DNA of 64,000 nucleotides, taken from an uncultured Limimonas sp. Its GTDB lineage: Bacteria; Pseudomonadota; Alphaproteobacteria; Kiloniellales; Rhodovibrionaceae. The stretch spans positions 9,150-73,149 of the forward strand of contig CAJXKW010000002.1 of assembly GCA_913055855.1 (NCBI GenBank), given 5' to 3'. A model generated the notes under the pieces. It saw nothing but the letters and a program-made list of their open reading frames with translations, was not told the DNA's origin and made no database searches. The stretch's first letter is position 1. Every line of letters starts with the position of its first letter. Position numbers and translations under genes: made by a program. Positions 26,133 through 34,282 of this stretch are shown here, one piece after another.

Positions 26133-27284
26133 TCAGGCCTGGCCGGGCGAGACCCGGCGAAGCTGGCGCAGCGCCTCGATGGCCACGCTGCCGCTGACCG
26201 GTTCGGTGGGCTTGAACGCGCCGTTGCTGTCGCTCTCCATGAGGCCGCGGCTGACAGCCGTCATGATGGCGCTGAAGCTCACGCGCGTGGACGCGACGTC
26301 CGGGAAGGGCGAGCTGTTCCCGAAGTGCTTCGTCGCCATGTCGCCGTCGGCCGTCCGCGTGCGGATGAGATCCTGGAGCACCATGGCGAAGCGCTCGCGC
26401 GTGACCTCGCGCTTGGGGCGGAAGCGTCCCTTTTCGATATCCAGGCCGCGCAGGGGCGCCCGGCTGACATGGCGGATCGCCGTGGCCTCGGGCAGATGGG
26501 CGTAGTCGCTCTCGCCCTGCGGATTGGTCTCGCCGTCACGCGGGCGATTGAAGGCCACACCGTCGAGATAGGCCGTGACCTTGAGCACCCGGTCCAGGAG
26601 CAGCGCGAGCTGGCGCCGCGTCACCGCCTCCTCGGTCGCGATCCGTTTCACCTTGGCGTCGCCCTGGACCTGGGCGCGCTCGATCCGGTCCAGGCGGGTC
26701 AGCATTTCCTGGCCCTGTGCGCTCTGCGGGCTGTCCGTCCTGGTCAGCCGACGGGCGTACGCGCGCGCCTCGCCCAGCCGCTCCGGCGTGCGCTCGGCCC
26801 GATAGGCGGCCATCGCCGTCCGCGCGATCGCCCGGAGCAGCTCCGGATCCGTTTTTGCACCCTCGACATCCGCTTCGGCGTCGGCGAAGACGTCCTTCGC
26901 CTCGGCGTACCAGTCCTCGCCCCGCTCGCTGCGCAGGAGCCGGATCTCCAGCGTCGCGAGCCGGCGCCGCTGCGCCGGCGTCGGTTCCGCATCGCGCCCC
27001 TTCGCCAGGGCCTCCCGCGCCTCGTCGTAGCGACCGGTTTCGATCCGGAGGGCGACCTGCCCGGCGTAGGCCGGGACGTGGCCCGGCGCCAGCTCGAGCG
27101 CACGCTCGAACGCCTTTTCCGCGACCAGGTAATTCCCCTTTTCGATATTCGTCATGCCCTTGGACACGTGCGACTCGGGTGTGTCCATGGGCGACTGCGG
27201 CTCCGCGGGCTCGGGGGTCGAGCCGCAGGCCGCCAGCACCAGGCTACCGGCGAGGATGGCCGCCCGGCCGAGATATCCCATCAT
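26133..27284 (-). CDS. lipoprotein with N-terminal TPRs and C-terminal SLH-like repeats
   Basis: The lipobox is LVLAAC (start ATG 27284, GGAGG SD). The TPRs read GNYLVAEKAFERALELAPGHVPAY. The SLH-like repeats read VTRRQLALLLDRVL, GRFRPKREVTRERFAMVL and FPDVASTRVSFSAIMTAVSRGLM..GAFKPTEPVSG. Confidence 0.5.
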   Translation of the reverse strand: MMGYLGRAAILAGSLVLAACGSTPEPAEPQSPMDTPESHVSKGMTNIEKGNYLVAEKAFERALELAPGHVPAYAGQVALRIETGRYDEAREALAKGRDAEPTPAQRRRLATLEIRLLRSERGEDWYAEAKDVFADAEADVEGAKTDPELLRAIARTAMAAYRAERTPERLGEARAYARRLTRTDSPQSAQGQEMLTRLDRIERAQVQGDAKVKRIATEEAVTRRQLALLLDRVLKVTAYLDGVAFNRPRDGETNPQGESDYAHLPEATAIRHVSRAPLRGLDIEKGRFRPKREVTRERFAMVLQDLIRTRTADGDMATKHFGNSSPFPDVASTRVSFSAIMTAVSRGLMESDSNGAFKPTEPVSGSVAIEALRQLRRVSPGQA

Positions 27285-27363
27285 GGATCCTCCCTCGGGT
27301 GTGCCGCGCCCTGCGGTGCCGGCCCACAACCGCATACCGGCCCGGCCGCGGCGCGGATTCCGT

Positions 27364-28704
27364 TTAGAAATCGAGACCGCCCGTGTCGCCGCCCGTATCG
27401 CCGCCGGTGCCGCCCGAGGCGCCGGCGTGTGCGCCACCGCCGGCATCCGCCAGGCGCGCTTCCAGACGCCGTTTCACCGCCGTGCGCAGTTTCTGCGCGA
27501 GCACCGCCATCTGCTTCTTGACGTAGGTTTCCTGCGTCAGGCGCGCGTCCTGGCTCGCCGGAACGAGGTCCTGCGCGTCCACCTGCTTGGTAATGCGGGC
27601 GCCGTTGACGTTCATGGTCGCGCTGCCCGCGAGCGTGGCGACCATCCGATAGTATTTGCCCGCAAGCGCCGCCTTGCCCTCGGGCAAGTCGTCGGCGCTC
27701 ACGCGTTTCTTGAACATGCCGACGTTGATGATGTTCGCGCGGACGGCGATGTCGTGCCGCTGCTCGCGATCGACCACGGAGAACGTCGAATCCGAGCCGA
27801 ACGCGGCGGCCAGCTCGTTGCGCAGCTCGGGAACCGGCCGGCCATCCGTCGCCTTTGCGGCGACCACCGCAACCGTACGGGCCAGGGGCTCACGCGGGAC
27901 GCAGACCCGGGCATCCAGCGTCATGGCCAGCACGTCCTGCCCGCGCTCGGTCACCACCTCGTTGCGCACGACCGAATATTTGACGAACCCGCGCGCCTGG
28001 GCGGAAAAGCGCGACATGAAGCGCTCTTTGACGTTGCCGTTCTTCGATGCGACGAGCGACTTGCTCGCACCCTCCACGAGGGCACCACTGCGCTGGCGCG
28101 CGGCTTCCATCATCAGCCGCCCGACCAGCTTTTCGCGCGCCTGGGCGCGGGTTTCCACCTCGGCCAGCGGCTGTTTGCCCCGGACGGTCGCCGGGAGATA
28201 CGCCGAACAGCGCGCGTCCCCTTCGAGCTTTTTGCGCTCGCCTTGATCGGTTTCGCGCCGCGCCTTCACCTCTTCCCGCTGACGCATGCGTTCCAGTCGC
28301 GCGCGCGCTTCCTCGATCGCCCGGTCGACCTGATCCGGGTCGACCTTCCCCTTAACGCGCACGCAGATCTCGCGCCCGCTCTCGTTCTCCTGGACCACGC
28401 GCATGTTCGTCAGCGCGCCGGCGACGACGGTCTCCACCACGTCGCCCTTGAGTTCAAAATCCTCGACGGCCGATACGGCGCGAACCACGGACTTGTGACT
28501 CGCCACAGCCCGTCGCTTCGCCTGGGCCAGGGCCGCTTCCCGGCCCTGCGCCGGGGTCTCGCTGTCGCCGTAGGTGTAGCACCCCTGCCCCGAGACCGGT
28601 TCCAGCGCGGCCGCGGCCGCACCGTTTGCGTTGGCGGCAAGGAGACCGCCCAGGCATGCCGCCAGGGCCGCGGTCAGCGCGCGGCGTCCGGATGCACGTG
28701 CCAT
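27364..28704 (-). CDS. exported (possible lipoprotein) multi-LPP20-like/LpoB-like protein with a Gly-rich C-terminal tail ending GGLDF
   Basis: The signal is RRALTAALAAC. Two LPP20-like stretches follow, then a VAVVAAKATDG...FSVVDRE module. The tail reads GGGAHAGASGGTGGDTGGDTGGLDF-stop. Confidence 0.4.
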   Translation of the reverse strand: MARASGRRALTAALAACLGGLLAANANGAAAAALEPVSGQGCYTYGDSETPAQGREAALAQAKRRAVASHKSVVRAVSAVEDFELKGDVVETVVAGALTNMRVVQENESGREICVRVKGKVDPDQVDRAIEEARARLERMRQREEVKARRETDQGERKKLEGDARCSAYLPATVRGKQPLAEVETRAQAREKLVGRLMMEAARQRSGALVEGASKSLVASKNGNVKERFMSRFSAQARGFVKYSVVRNEVVTERGQDVLAMTLDARVCVPREPLARTVAVVAAKATDGRPVPELRNELAAAFGSDSTFSVVDREQRHDIAVRANIINVGMFKKRVSADDLPEGKAALAGKYYRMVATLAGSATMNVNGARITKQVDAQDLVPASQDARLTQETYVKKQMAVLAQKLRTAVKRRLEARLADAGGGAHAGASGGTGGDTGGDTGGLDF

Positions 28705-28744
28705 GCTCACCCCCATGGTTCGCGCCGAGTGCGCCCGGAACCTG

Positions 28745-30142
28745 TTAGAAGTTGCTCACGTTGCTGCCCGCGCCGCTCTCGGCCGGCGAGGCGACATTGC
28801 CGGAGCCGGAGCCGGAACCGGAACCGCCGGTGTTGAAATCGCCGCTGCTTCTACGACCCTGGCGCGTGGCCTCCGCGCCACTGGCCTCCTCCGCGAGGGA
28901 CTCCAGCTCCTGCGCCATCTGCCGGCTCTCCGGCGACCAGACGTAGACGTCCGTCTGCATCGGCACGTTCGCAGCCGGATGCTGGCCCTTCCAGGTATAG
29001 GCGCGCGTGGCCCCCTTGAGCTCGATCTTCTTGGCCTTGGCGCGGATCAGCGACTTGAACTCCTGGTTGTTGAAGCTCTTGCTCGACCCGTCGGCGTAGG
29101 CGCGGAAGGTGTTGGTGCTGTCCGACATCTGCCGGCTCGCGACGTCCTCCGCGACGAACTGCGCGATCTGGCTGCGGCCGATCAGGGCTGCCTTCTGCTC
29201 GTTCACCATTGAGGACTGCGTGCGATACACCGGGGCGAAGCTGACCAGCACCTTGGTGCCGTCCGCCTTGTTCCACACGCGCACGCCCTGGCTCAGCGCG
29301 AGGAAATTGGGGTTGTTCTGCAGCTTGCGCTTGATCTTCTGAACCACCGGCTGGCCCTTGGGACCTTTCTCGATGGGCACATTCTCGTTGTAGATGCTCT
29401 CCGCCAGGGCGGCCATGCGCGGCGACCACACGATGCCCACCAGCACCGTGTAGTTCTGGTCCATGTTGTCGCCTTCCGCGTTAAATATGGGGACGGCCCC
29501 GTTGAGCAGCAGCCGGGCGCCGGAAGCGACTTTCTCCTGGTATTTCTCCTGGATCTGGACCCGCTTGCGCTGGCGCGCCTGCTTGTTGCCGCCCTTCCAG
29601 TCCGGATCGAACTTGCGGATCTGGGCGTCCAGCGCCTCGTTGGTGAGCTTCTGCATGCGCTGGACCGTGGAGACGTTGTCGCGCGCCTTCTTGAGCTGCG
29701 GCGGCACCTGATCCCCGCCCTGCTGCAGAACCTCAAACGCGCGATCGGAACGGATGACGCTGCCCACGGTGTTGGCCATCTCGCTCTTGGCCTTGAGCAG
29801 CGCCGCGTTGAACGCGGTCTGGCGCGCATTGACCCAGTTCTTGCTGCCGAAGTCCGCGCGCACCTGGGCCTTCCCGCTGGCGACAAAGAAGGTGCGCCCC
29901 TGGCCCACGTCGTTGATGCCCTCGGTGATCCCCTTCTTGCTGAGCCACGCCTGCCAAAGCCGCGTGGGCGTCTCGCGCTGGCTTTGCCGCGCGGCCTGCT
30001 CCTTGCTCTGGGTGGCGACGTCGCTCGGCTTGGGTTGGGTTACCTTTTCGCCAACCTCCTGCGCGCTGGGCGTGCCCGCCGGCACGACCGCCAGCGCGGC
30101 GATCACCACGGCGGCGCGTGCAGGTGTCCGGCTGGTCCTCAT
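28745..30142 (-). CDS. secreted LPP20-like protein with a (GS)n tail ending SGAGSNVSNF
   Basis: The signal is ARAAVVIAALAVVPAGTPSAQ (ATG 30142, AAGGGGGG SD). FFVASGKAQVRADFGSKNWVNARQTAFNAALLKAKSEMANTVGSVI is an LPP20-type pattern. The tail reads GGSGSGSGSGNVASPAESGAGSNVSNF-stop. Confidence 0.4.
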   Translation of the reverse strand: MRTSRTPARAAVVIAALAVVPAGTPSAQEVGEKVTQPKPSDVATQSKEQAARQSQRETPTRLWQAWLSKKGITEGINDVGQGRTFFVASGKAQVRADFGSKNWVNARQTAFNAALLKAKSEMANTVGSVIRSDRAFEVLQQGGDQVPPQLKKARDNVSTVQRMQKLTNEALDAQIRKFDPDWKGGNKQARQRKRVQIQEKYQEKVASGARLLLNGAVPIFNAEGDNMDQNYTVLVGIVWSPRMAALAESIYNENVPIEKGPKGQPVVQKIKRKLQNNPNFLALSQGVRVWNKADGTKVLVSFAPVYRTQSSMVNEQKAALIGRSQIAQFVAEDVASRQMSDSTNTFRAYADGSSKSFNNQEFKSLIRAKAKKIELKGATRAYTWKGQHPAANVPMQTDVYVWSPESRQMAQELESLAEEASGAEATRQGRRSSGDFNTGGSGSGSGSGNVASPAESGAGSNVSNF

Positions 30143-30197
30143 CGTGTGCCCCCCTTGTTTCGTCGCGTACATGCGCGGCCGGCAACGCGGCCGAGAC

Positions 30198-30758
30198 CTA
30201 GAAAACCGTGTTGTCCTTCTGCAGGGTCAGGGTCTCGCTGACATTGCCGATCACCTTCTCGCCCACGGCCGGCTGATCGGGGTCGTCGCTGAGAACCAGC
30301 TTCATCACCTGCACGCGTGCCTCGTAATCCGCCTGCGCGGTGCCGTCGTCCCCGTAACGCCGCGTTTCGTTCAGGAAGAAGCGCATCTTCAGGTGCGGAT
30401 TGGGCATGTTGCGCGTGAACGCGACCTTATCGGTGGTGTAGAACGCTTCCTGAAAGCCGCGATAGGCCTGCGCCATATTGATGTCGTCGTAGGTGGTGTT
30501 GTTTCGGACCCGAACGAGTCCCGCATTCGGTGTCTGGTCCAGCTTGCCGCGCATATTTGAAACGGCCTTGATGAAAAAGTTCTCGCCGCGCAGCTTGTTT
30601 GCCAAATCATTCGAGAGCTGACGGAGTTGCGGTCCGGTAATCTGGAGTCCCACTGGCTCAGCCGACTTGTCCGGATCCATGACTTTCGTCTTGCCACCAC
30701 AACCCGCAACGCTCACGGCAAGTACCATGCCCAGCAACGCTTTGAGCCAAACTCGCAT
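30198..30758 (-). CDS. LpoB-like (COG3417) lipoprotein
   Basis: MRVWLKALLGMVLAVSVAGC is the lipobox. LVRVRNNTTYDDINMAQAYRGFQEAFYTTDKVAFT parallels the LpoB core (VDSVNNRTNGSLN...). The protein ends in NTVF. Confidence 0.45.
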   Translation of the reverse strand: MRVWLKALLGMVLAVSVAGCGGKTKVMDPDKSAEPVGLQITGPQLRQLSNDLANKLRGENFFIKAVSNMRGKLDQTPNAGLVRVRNNTTYDDINMAQAYRGFQEAFYTTDKVAFTRNMPNPHLKMRFFLNETRRYGDDGTAQADYEARVQVMKLVLSDDPDQPAVGEKVIGNVSETLTLQKDNTVF

Positions 30759-30814
30759 CCGTTTGCATCTCCTCCATGTTTTCAATTCAGCCCGGCGCCT
30801 CGCCGCCCCCCAGG

Positions 30815-31246
30815 CTAGCGCTCGGCACGAACCTGAAGGACGACCTGGCGTCCGCCCGGCGACGGCGCGGCAAGCTTGATGTTTTCCACCTCACCGGAAT
30901 CCAGGAACAGCTTTTGCCATGCGCCCGGATCGCCGACCTGGAATCCGTCCCCGTCCTTCCAGGTTGCCTGATAGCGAAGAACCCGCTTGGCATTGGTGAC
31001 GTTGCGCAGGCTGACGTTCGCCTGCATCAAGCCCTCGAACTTGCGCGACGCCGCACGCTCCACCCGGAGATCGCCGCGTAGCGAGGTGGGGGAATAGCGC
31101 ACCTGAACATTCGGGTCCTTGGCCGCCGGCCCGGTGGTAACGGGGTCGCCCGGCTGGGCGCACCCCGCAACAATGCCCGCAAGGGCGAGGCCGGCACCAA
31201 TTCGGCCGAAGCGGCGCGTCCGCTTTTCCGAATCCATCCGGTTCAC
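30815..31246 (-). CDS. YcfL-like (DUF1425) lipoprotein
   Basis: The lipobox is LAGIVAGC. LMQANVSLRNVTNAKRVLRYQATWKDGDGFQV matches the DUF1425 N-x-[ST]...Y-[RQ]-x-x-W-x-D-x-x-G pattern. The GTG start overlaps the upstream stop (GTGA); an alternative ATG is at 31237. Confidence 0.55.
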   Translation of the reverse strand: MNRMDSEKRTRRFGRIGAGLALAGIVAGCAQPGDPVTTGPAAKDPNVQVRYSPTSLRGDLRVERAASRKFEGLMQANVSLRNVTNAKRVLRYQATWKDGDGFQVGDPGAWQKLFLDSGEVENIKLAAPSPGGRQVVLQVRAER

Positions 31247-33120
31247 GTCGTCTCGTCCTCCGTCGTCTGTCGCTTCACCGTCTGCGCCCCGCCGGCACCA
31301 TCAGCCGGCTCGGACGCCTGAACCTCAAGATGGTCGCGGATCCCGCGACCGTAGACGAAGACCGGCCCATTCCCGCGAAGCCGCACCGTTTCTGTCGCGA
31401 GCGTGGTGCCGTCGGCGTTGTAACTTGCCAGTTCCAGGGTGCGCATGTTTTCCGGCACGCGCAACCGTGCCACGCCCACGGTATGCGGCAGCGTAACCCA
31501 GGACTCGGTTCCGGGCTCGGTGAGTTCGCTGACGGCGATTCCTGTCGCCAACCCCGCGACATCGCCCAACAAGCCGCCGCCGGCGGCCTTGCGCGCCTGG
31601 ACCTGGGCCATGTAGTTGCCCACCGCGCTCAGCGCCGCTTTCGTCATGTGGATAGGGAACTTGTCGTTGAAGTGGCTGAGCGCCATGGCCTCGACGTCGG
31701 CGAGCGGGGTCACGCGCGCCAGGGATTCGCCGTCCGCGCCGTGGATGCGAACACGGTCGATGGTCCGCTCCACGGGTTTGTAGAACGGGATCTGGAGCGG
31801 CACGAAATTGCGCAGACCGGTGGGCAGGATCAGCTTCGCCACGCGCCGCTCCGGCGCCCGCCCGACGTCCAGGACGACGTGAACCAGACGACCGTCGCGC
31901 TCACCCGCCGGCCGCTTGTCATCCAGCGCGTCGATGGCCGCCTGCACGGTCGCGTTGTCCGGACGCAGATCCTGCGCGTCCTGGTACGCCTTGCGCGCCT
32001 TATTCCACTCCTTGTCGGAAACCCGAGTCTTGCCATTTGCGGCCGCAAGTTCCGCCCTGCGCTCGGACCACACCGCGGAGAGGAAATCGCCCAGCGGGTT
32101 CACGTACGGCGTCGGCACCCGGTCCGCCGCGTCATCGCAGACAACGCAGGCCTCTTGTTCGAATTTGTTCTTGAACGTGCTGGTTAGCTTGGAGAACGCC
32201 TCTTCTTGTTGCCCGGAGAGGTTCTTGTTCTGCTTGTTCTCGAACTTGTCCTGGGCCTCCGCGATTTCGCGGCCATAGGCAGCCTGCATGCTGCTCTGCC
32301 AGGCACGCGCGAGTTTGATGTTGTTGCGCACGCCGTCGTCGCCGTTGAGGATTCCGGCCATGGCCTTGTAATCGATGGCCATGATCGCCTCGAAACCCGT
32401 TGCGGCATAGGCGTCCGTAACGGTGTTGATGATCTGATCGTCCACCGACTTGTTCTGCTTGGCCTTGCGCAGATCCGTCACGGCGTGGTCGAAGAATTTC
32501 CGCGCGCAGTCCAGGTTGCCGGCGGCCAAGTGGACACTCCCGCGCTCCAGGAGGCCGAGCGTGCCAAGGCCATCCGCGAGCTCGCGCGGCTTGTCGATCT
32601 TGGTCGCGCCCTGGGCCGCGCTTGCCGCCAGGTACTTCCCGGCGTCGGCCACCGCGCCCTCGTCGAGCTTGTCCAACAGGGGCGCAACGTCCGCCGTGTA
32701 GTCCGAACGGCCCGAGCGGAACGCGGCGTACTTCAGGCTCAGCGCGACCATCTGGACCAGATTCACCTGATCCCCGGCCATCGCCCGCTTCCACGGGTTG
32801 CCCGTCACCTGCGCCTCAATCTGCTCGGTGATGTCCGAATATTCGCCGAACGCACTGTCCAGCTCCAGTGCCCTTTCACGCGCGTCTGCCACATCAAGGT
32901 CGCTCGACATCGGGAACCCCGTGTCCTTCGCCAGCGGCGTGACCGTGCAGCGATGGAGCTTGCTCGCGTCCTCGGGCAGCTTGACCGGTTTCGTCACGCC
33001 CGGTCCTTCTCTCGGCGGCGGCGGTTCCAAACTTCCGGTCGTACACCCGGCGAGGATGAGCGCACCGACGGCGCCCGACACGGCGGTCGCAATCCGCCGC
33101 GTGTGTCTCTGGTCCGACAT
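31243..33120 (-). CDS. large helical/TPR-like lipoprotein (COG3014-like), 625 aa
   Basis: The lipobox is ALILAGC after ATG 33120. The body is helical and Ala/Lys/Asp-rich, with a beta-rich C-terminus. It sits upstream of the YcfL-like and LpoB-like genes, as in the conserved lipoprotein trio. Confidence 0.4.
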   Translation of the reverse strand: MSDQRHTRRIATAVSGAVGALILAGCTTGSLEPPPPREGPGVTKPVKLPEDASKLHRCTVTPLAKDTGFPMSSDLDVADARERALELDSAFGEYSDITEQIEAQVTGNPWKRAMAGDQVNLVQMVALSLKYAAFRSGRSDYTADVAPLLDKLDEGAVADAGKYLAASAAQGATKIDKPRELADGLGTLGLLERGSVHLAAGNLDCARKFFDHAVTDLRKAKQNKSVDDQIINTVTDAYAATGFEAIMAIDYKAMAGILNGDDGVRNNIKLARAWQSSMQAAYGREIAEAQDKFENKQNKNLSGQQEEAFSKLTSTFKNKFEQEACVVCDDAADRVPTPYVNPLGDFLSAVWSERRAELAAANGKTRVSDKEWNKARKAYQDAQDLRPDNATVQAAIDALDDKRPAGERDGRLVHVVLDVGRAPERRVAKLILPTGLRNFVPLQIPFYKPVERTIDRVRIHGADGESLARVTPLADVEAMALSHFNDKFPIHMTKAALSAVGNYMAQVQARKAAGGGLLGDVAGLATGIAVSELTEPGTESWVTLPHTVGVARLRVPENMRTLELASYNADGTTLATETVRLRGNGPVFVYGRGIRDHLEVQASEPADGAGGAQTVKRQTTEDETT

Positions 33121-33131
33121 GTCACCCCCCG

Positions 33132-33137
33132 ATTATA
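33132..33137 (-). promoter_or_regulatory. possible -10 hexamer (TATAAT) in an AT-rich 225-bp gap
   Basis: The reverse strand reads CAGTATAATCGGGGGGTGACATG. A perfect TATAAT lies 11 nt upstream of the 33120 ATG. That is too close for a normal leader plus SD, so it is doubtful. Confidence 0.2.
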
Positions 33138-33345
33138 CTGACACCCCGGGTGCCCACGCCGGCCGCCCGTGGCGGCGCACGGCGCAGCGCGTTATCCCCA
33201 ACCCATCACCCCGAACATCGGGAGGTTACCCCAAAATTTCTGGGAGGTTCAAGGCGAAACTACAATTTGCGTCTGTTTCATCGAGAAGGCGATATATACG
33301 TTTTGACCCGCCCACAACGCGGGCCACCAAAACCCGGCCGTCTAC

Positions 33346-34212
33346 CTAATCATCGCTTCGGAGGACATCGCCACGCTCGATGGGTGCACTCTGTTCAACA
33401 ATTTTCGCAACACTGTACTTCGGATTCACTTGGGTAACCTTCACTGTCCCTTTGCGAAGACCACCCTCAATGGTTTCACTCGTATCGACGCCCTCCAGCT
33501 TCAGGCCCGTTCCATACACGTCGAAGACCTGGCCCTCGGACAGCGAATCCCCGCCGTAATTGAGAAACGCAAAGCCTTGCTTGGTTTTCAACACCGTGAT
33601 CGGGAACACGTTGTTCAGAAATCCGCTCACCAATTTGTCCGCGGCCTTGCGGGTCACCTTGCTCAGCAACGAGATATCGGGCCGGCCGCCCGGCTGCGTG
33701 ACGAGCTTCGGATCGGTGGAGATCTCTTCGGTGACCTGATCGTGGAAGGCGATCCGGTCGTTGGCCACTTTCAGAACCTGTGTTTCGATCGTCACCCGTG
33801 CGATATCGATGCGCCGATACCGGTCCACATTCGGAGCGGCATCTTCGTCACGCCGAAACTTCAGGTCGTGCAGTGAAATCGACATGATATACTGCACGGG
33901 CTTGCTGGGCTCGAACGAAACGTTGCCCGCCTCGCGAAAAGGCGAACTCTTGAGTTTTTGCTCGCTCGCCGTCTGGGCCCGGATGTCCCCGCGGCGCGAA
34001 TAAAGCTCGAACTTCCGGCTGCTGCGCAGGGCGCCCTCGAAGGGGCCGACGATGAGCGACGGCTCGATCCGTTCGCGGTCGCGATGGGGCACCGTATCGC
34101 TGATCAGAATCGGCGACTGCACGGCCACGCGCACTTTCTCCGCAAGGGCCGCACCGCCGGCTGCGCCCATAATCACCACGACGGCCAGTAAACCCGCTGC
34201 TATCCGCCGCAT
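33346..34212 (-). CDS. secreted CsgG/FlgO/LpoB-superfamily protein with a C-terminal small beta-barrel (FlgT_C-like)
   Basis: The start ATG at 34212 has an AGGAGGA SD. The signal is AAGLLAVVVIMGAAGGAALA. The core reads KVRVAVQSPIL...LIVGPFEGALRSSRKFELYSRR. The C-terminus reads GDSLSEGQVFDVY...GTVKVTQVNPKYSVAKIV...IERGDVLR. Confidence 0.4.
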   Translation of the reverse strand: MRRIAAGLLAVVVIMGAAGGAALAEKVRVAVQSPILISDTVPHRDRERIEPSLIVGPFEGALRSSRKFELYSRRGDIRAQTASEQKLKSSPFREAGNVSFEPSKPVQYIMSISLHDLKFRRDEDAAPNVDRYRRIDIARVTIETQVLKVANDRIAFHDQVTEEISTDPKLVTQPGGRPDISLLSKVTRKAADKLVSGFLNNVFPITVLKTKQGFAFLNYGGDSLSEGQVFDVYGTGLKLEGVDTSETIEGGLRKGTVKVTQVNPKYSVAKIVEQSAPIERGDVLRSDD

Positions 34213-34282
34213 CCGCGTCCTCCTGCCCATGCCGTTTCGTCGGGGCGGGCCACCGCAGCGCACCGCCCCCCTCTTCGCTGCT

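Noticed and set aside
33150-33437. 95-aa plus-strand ORF in the AT-rich gap
   Set aside because: It runs into the 3' end of the CsgG-like gene on the opposite strand. It has no SD and no recognisable motifs. The gap is more likely regulatory.
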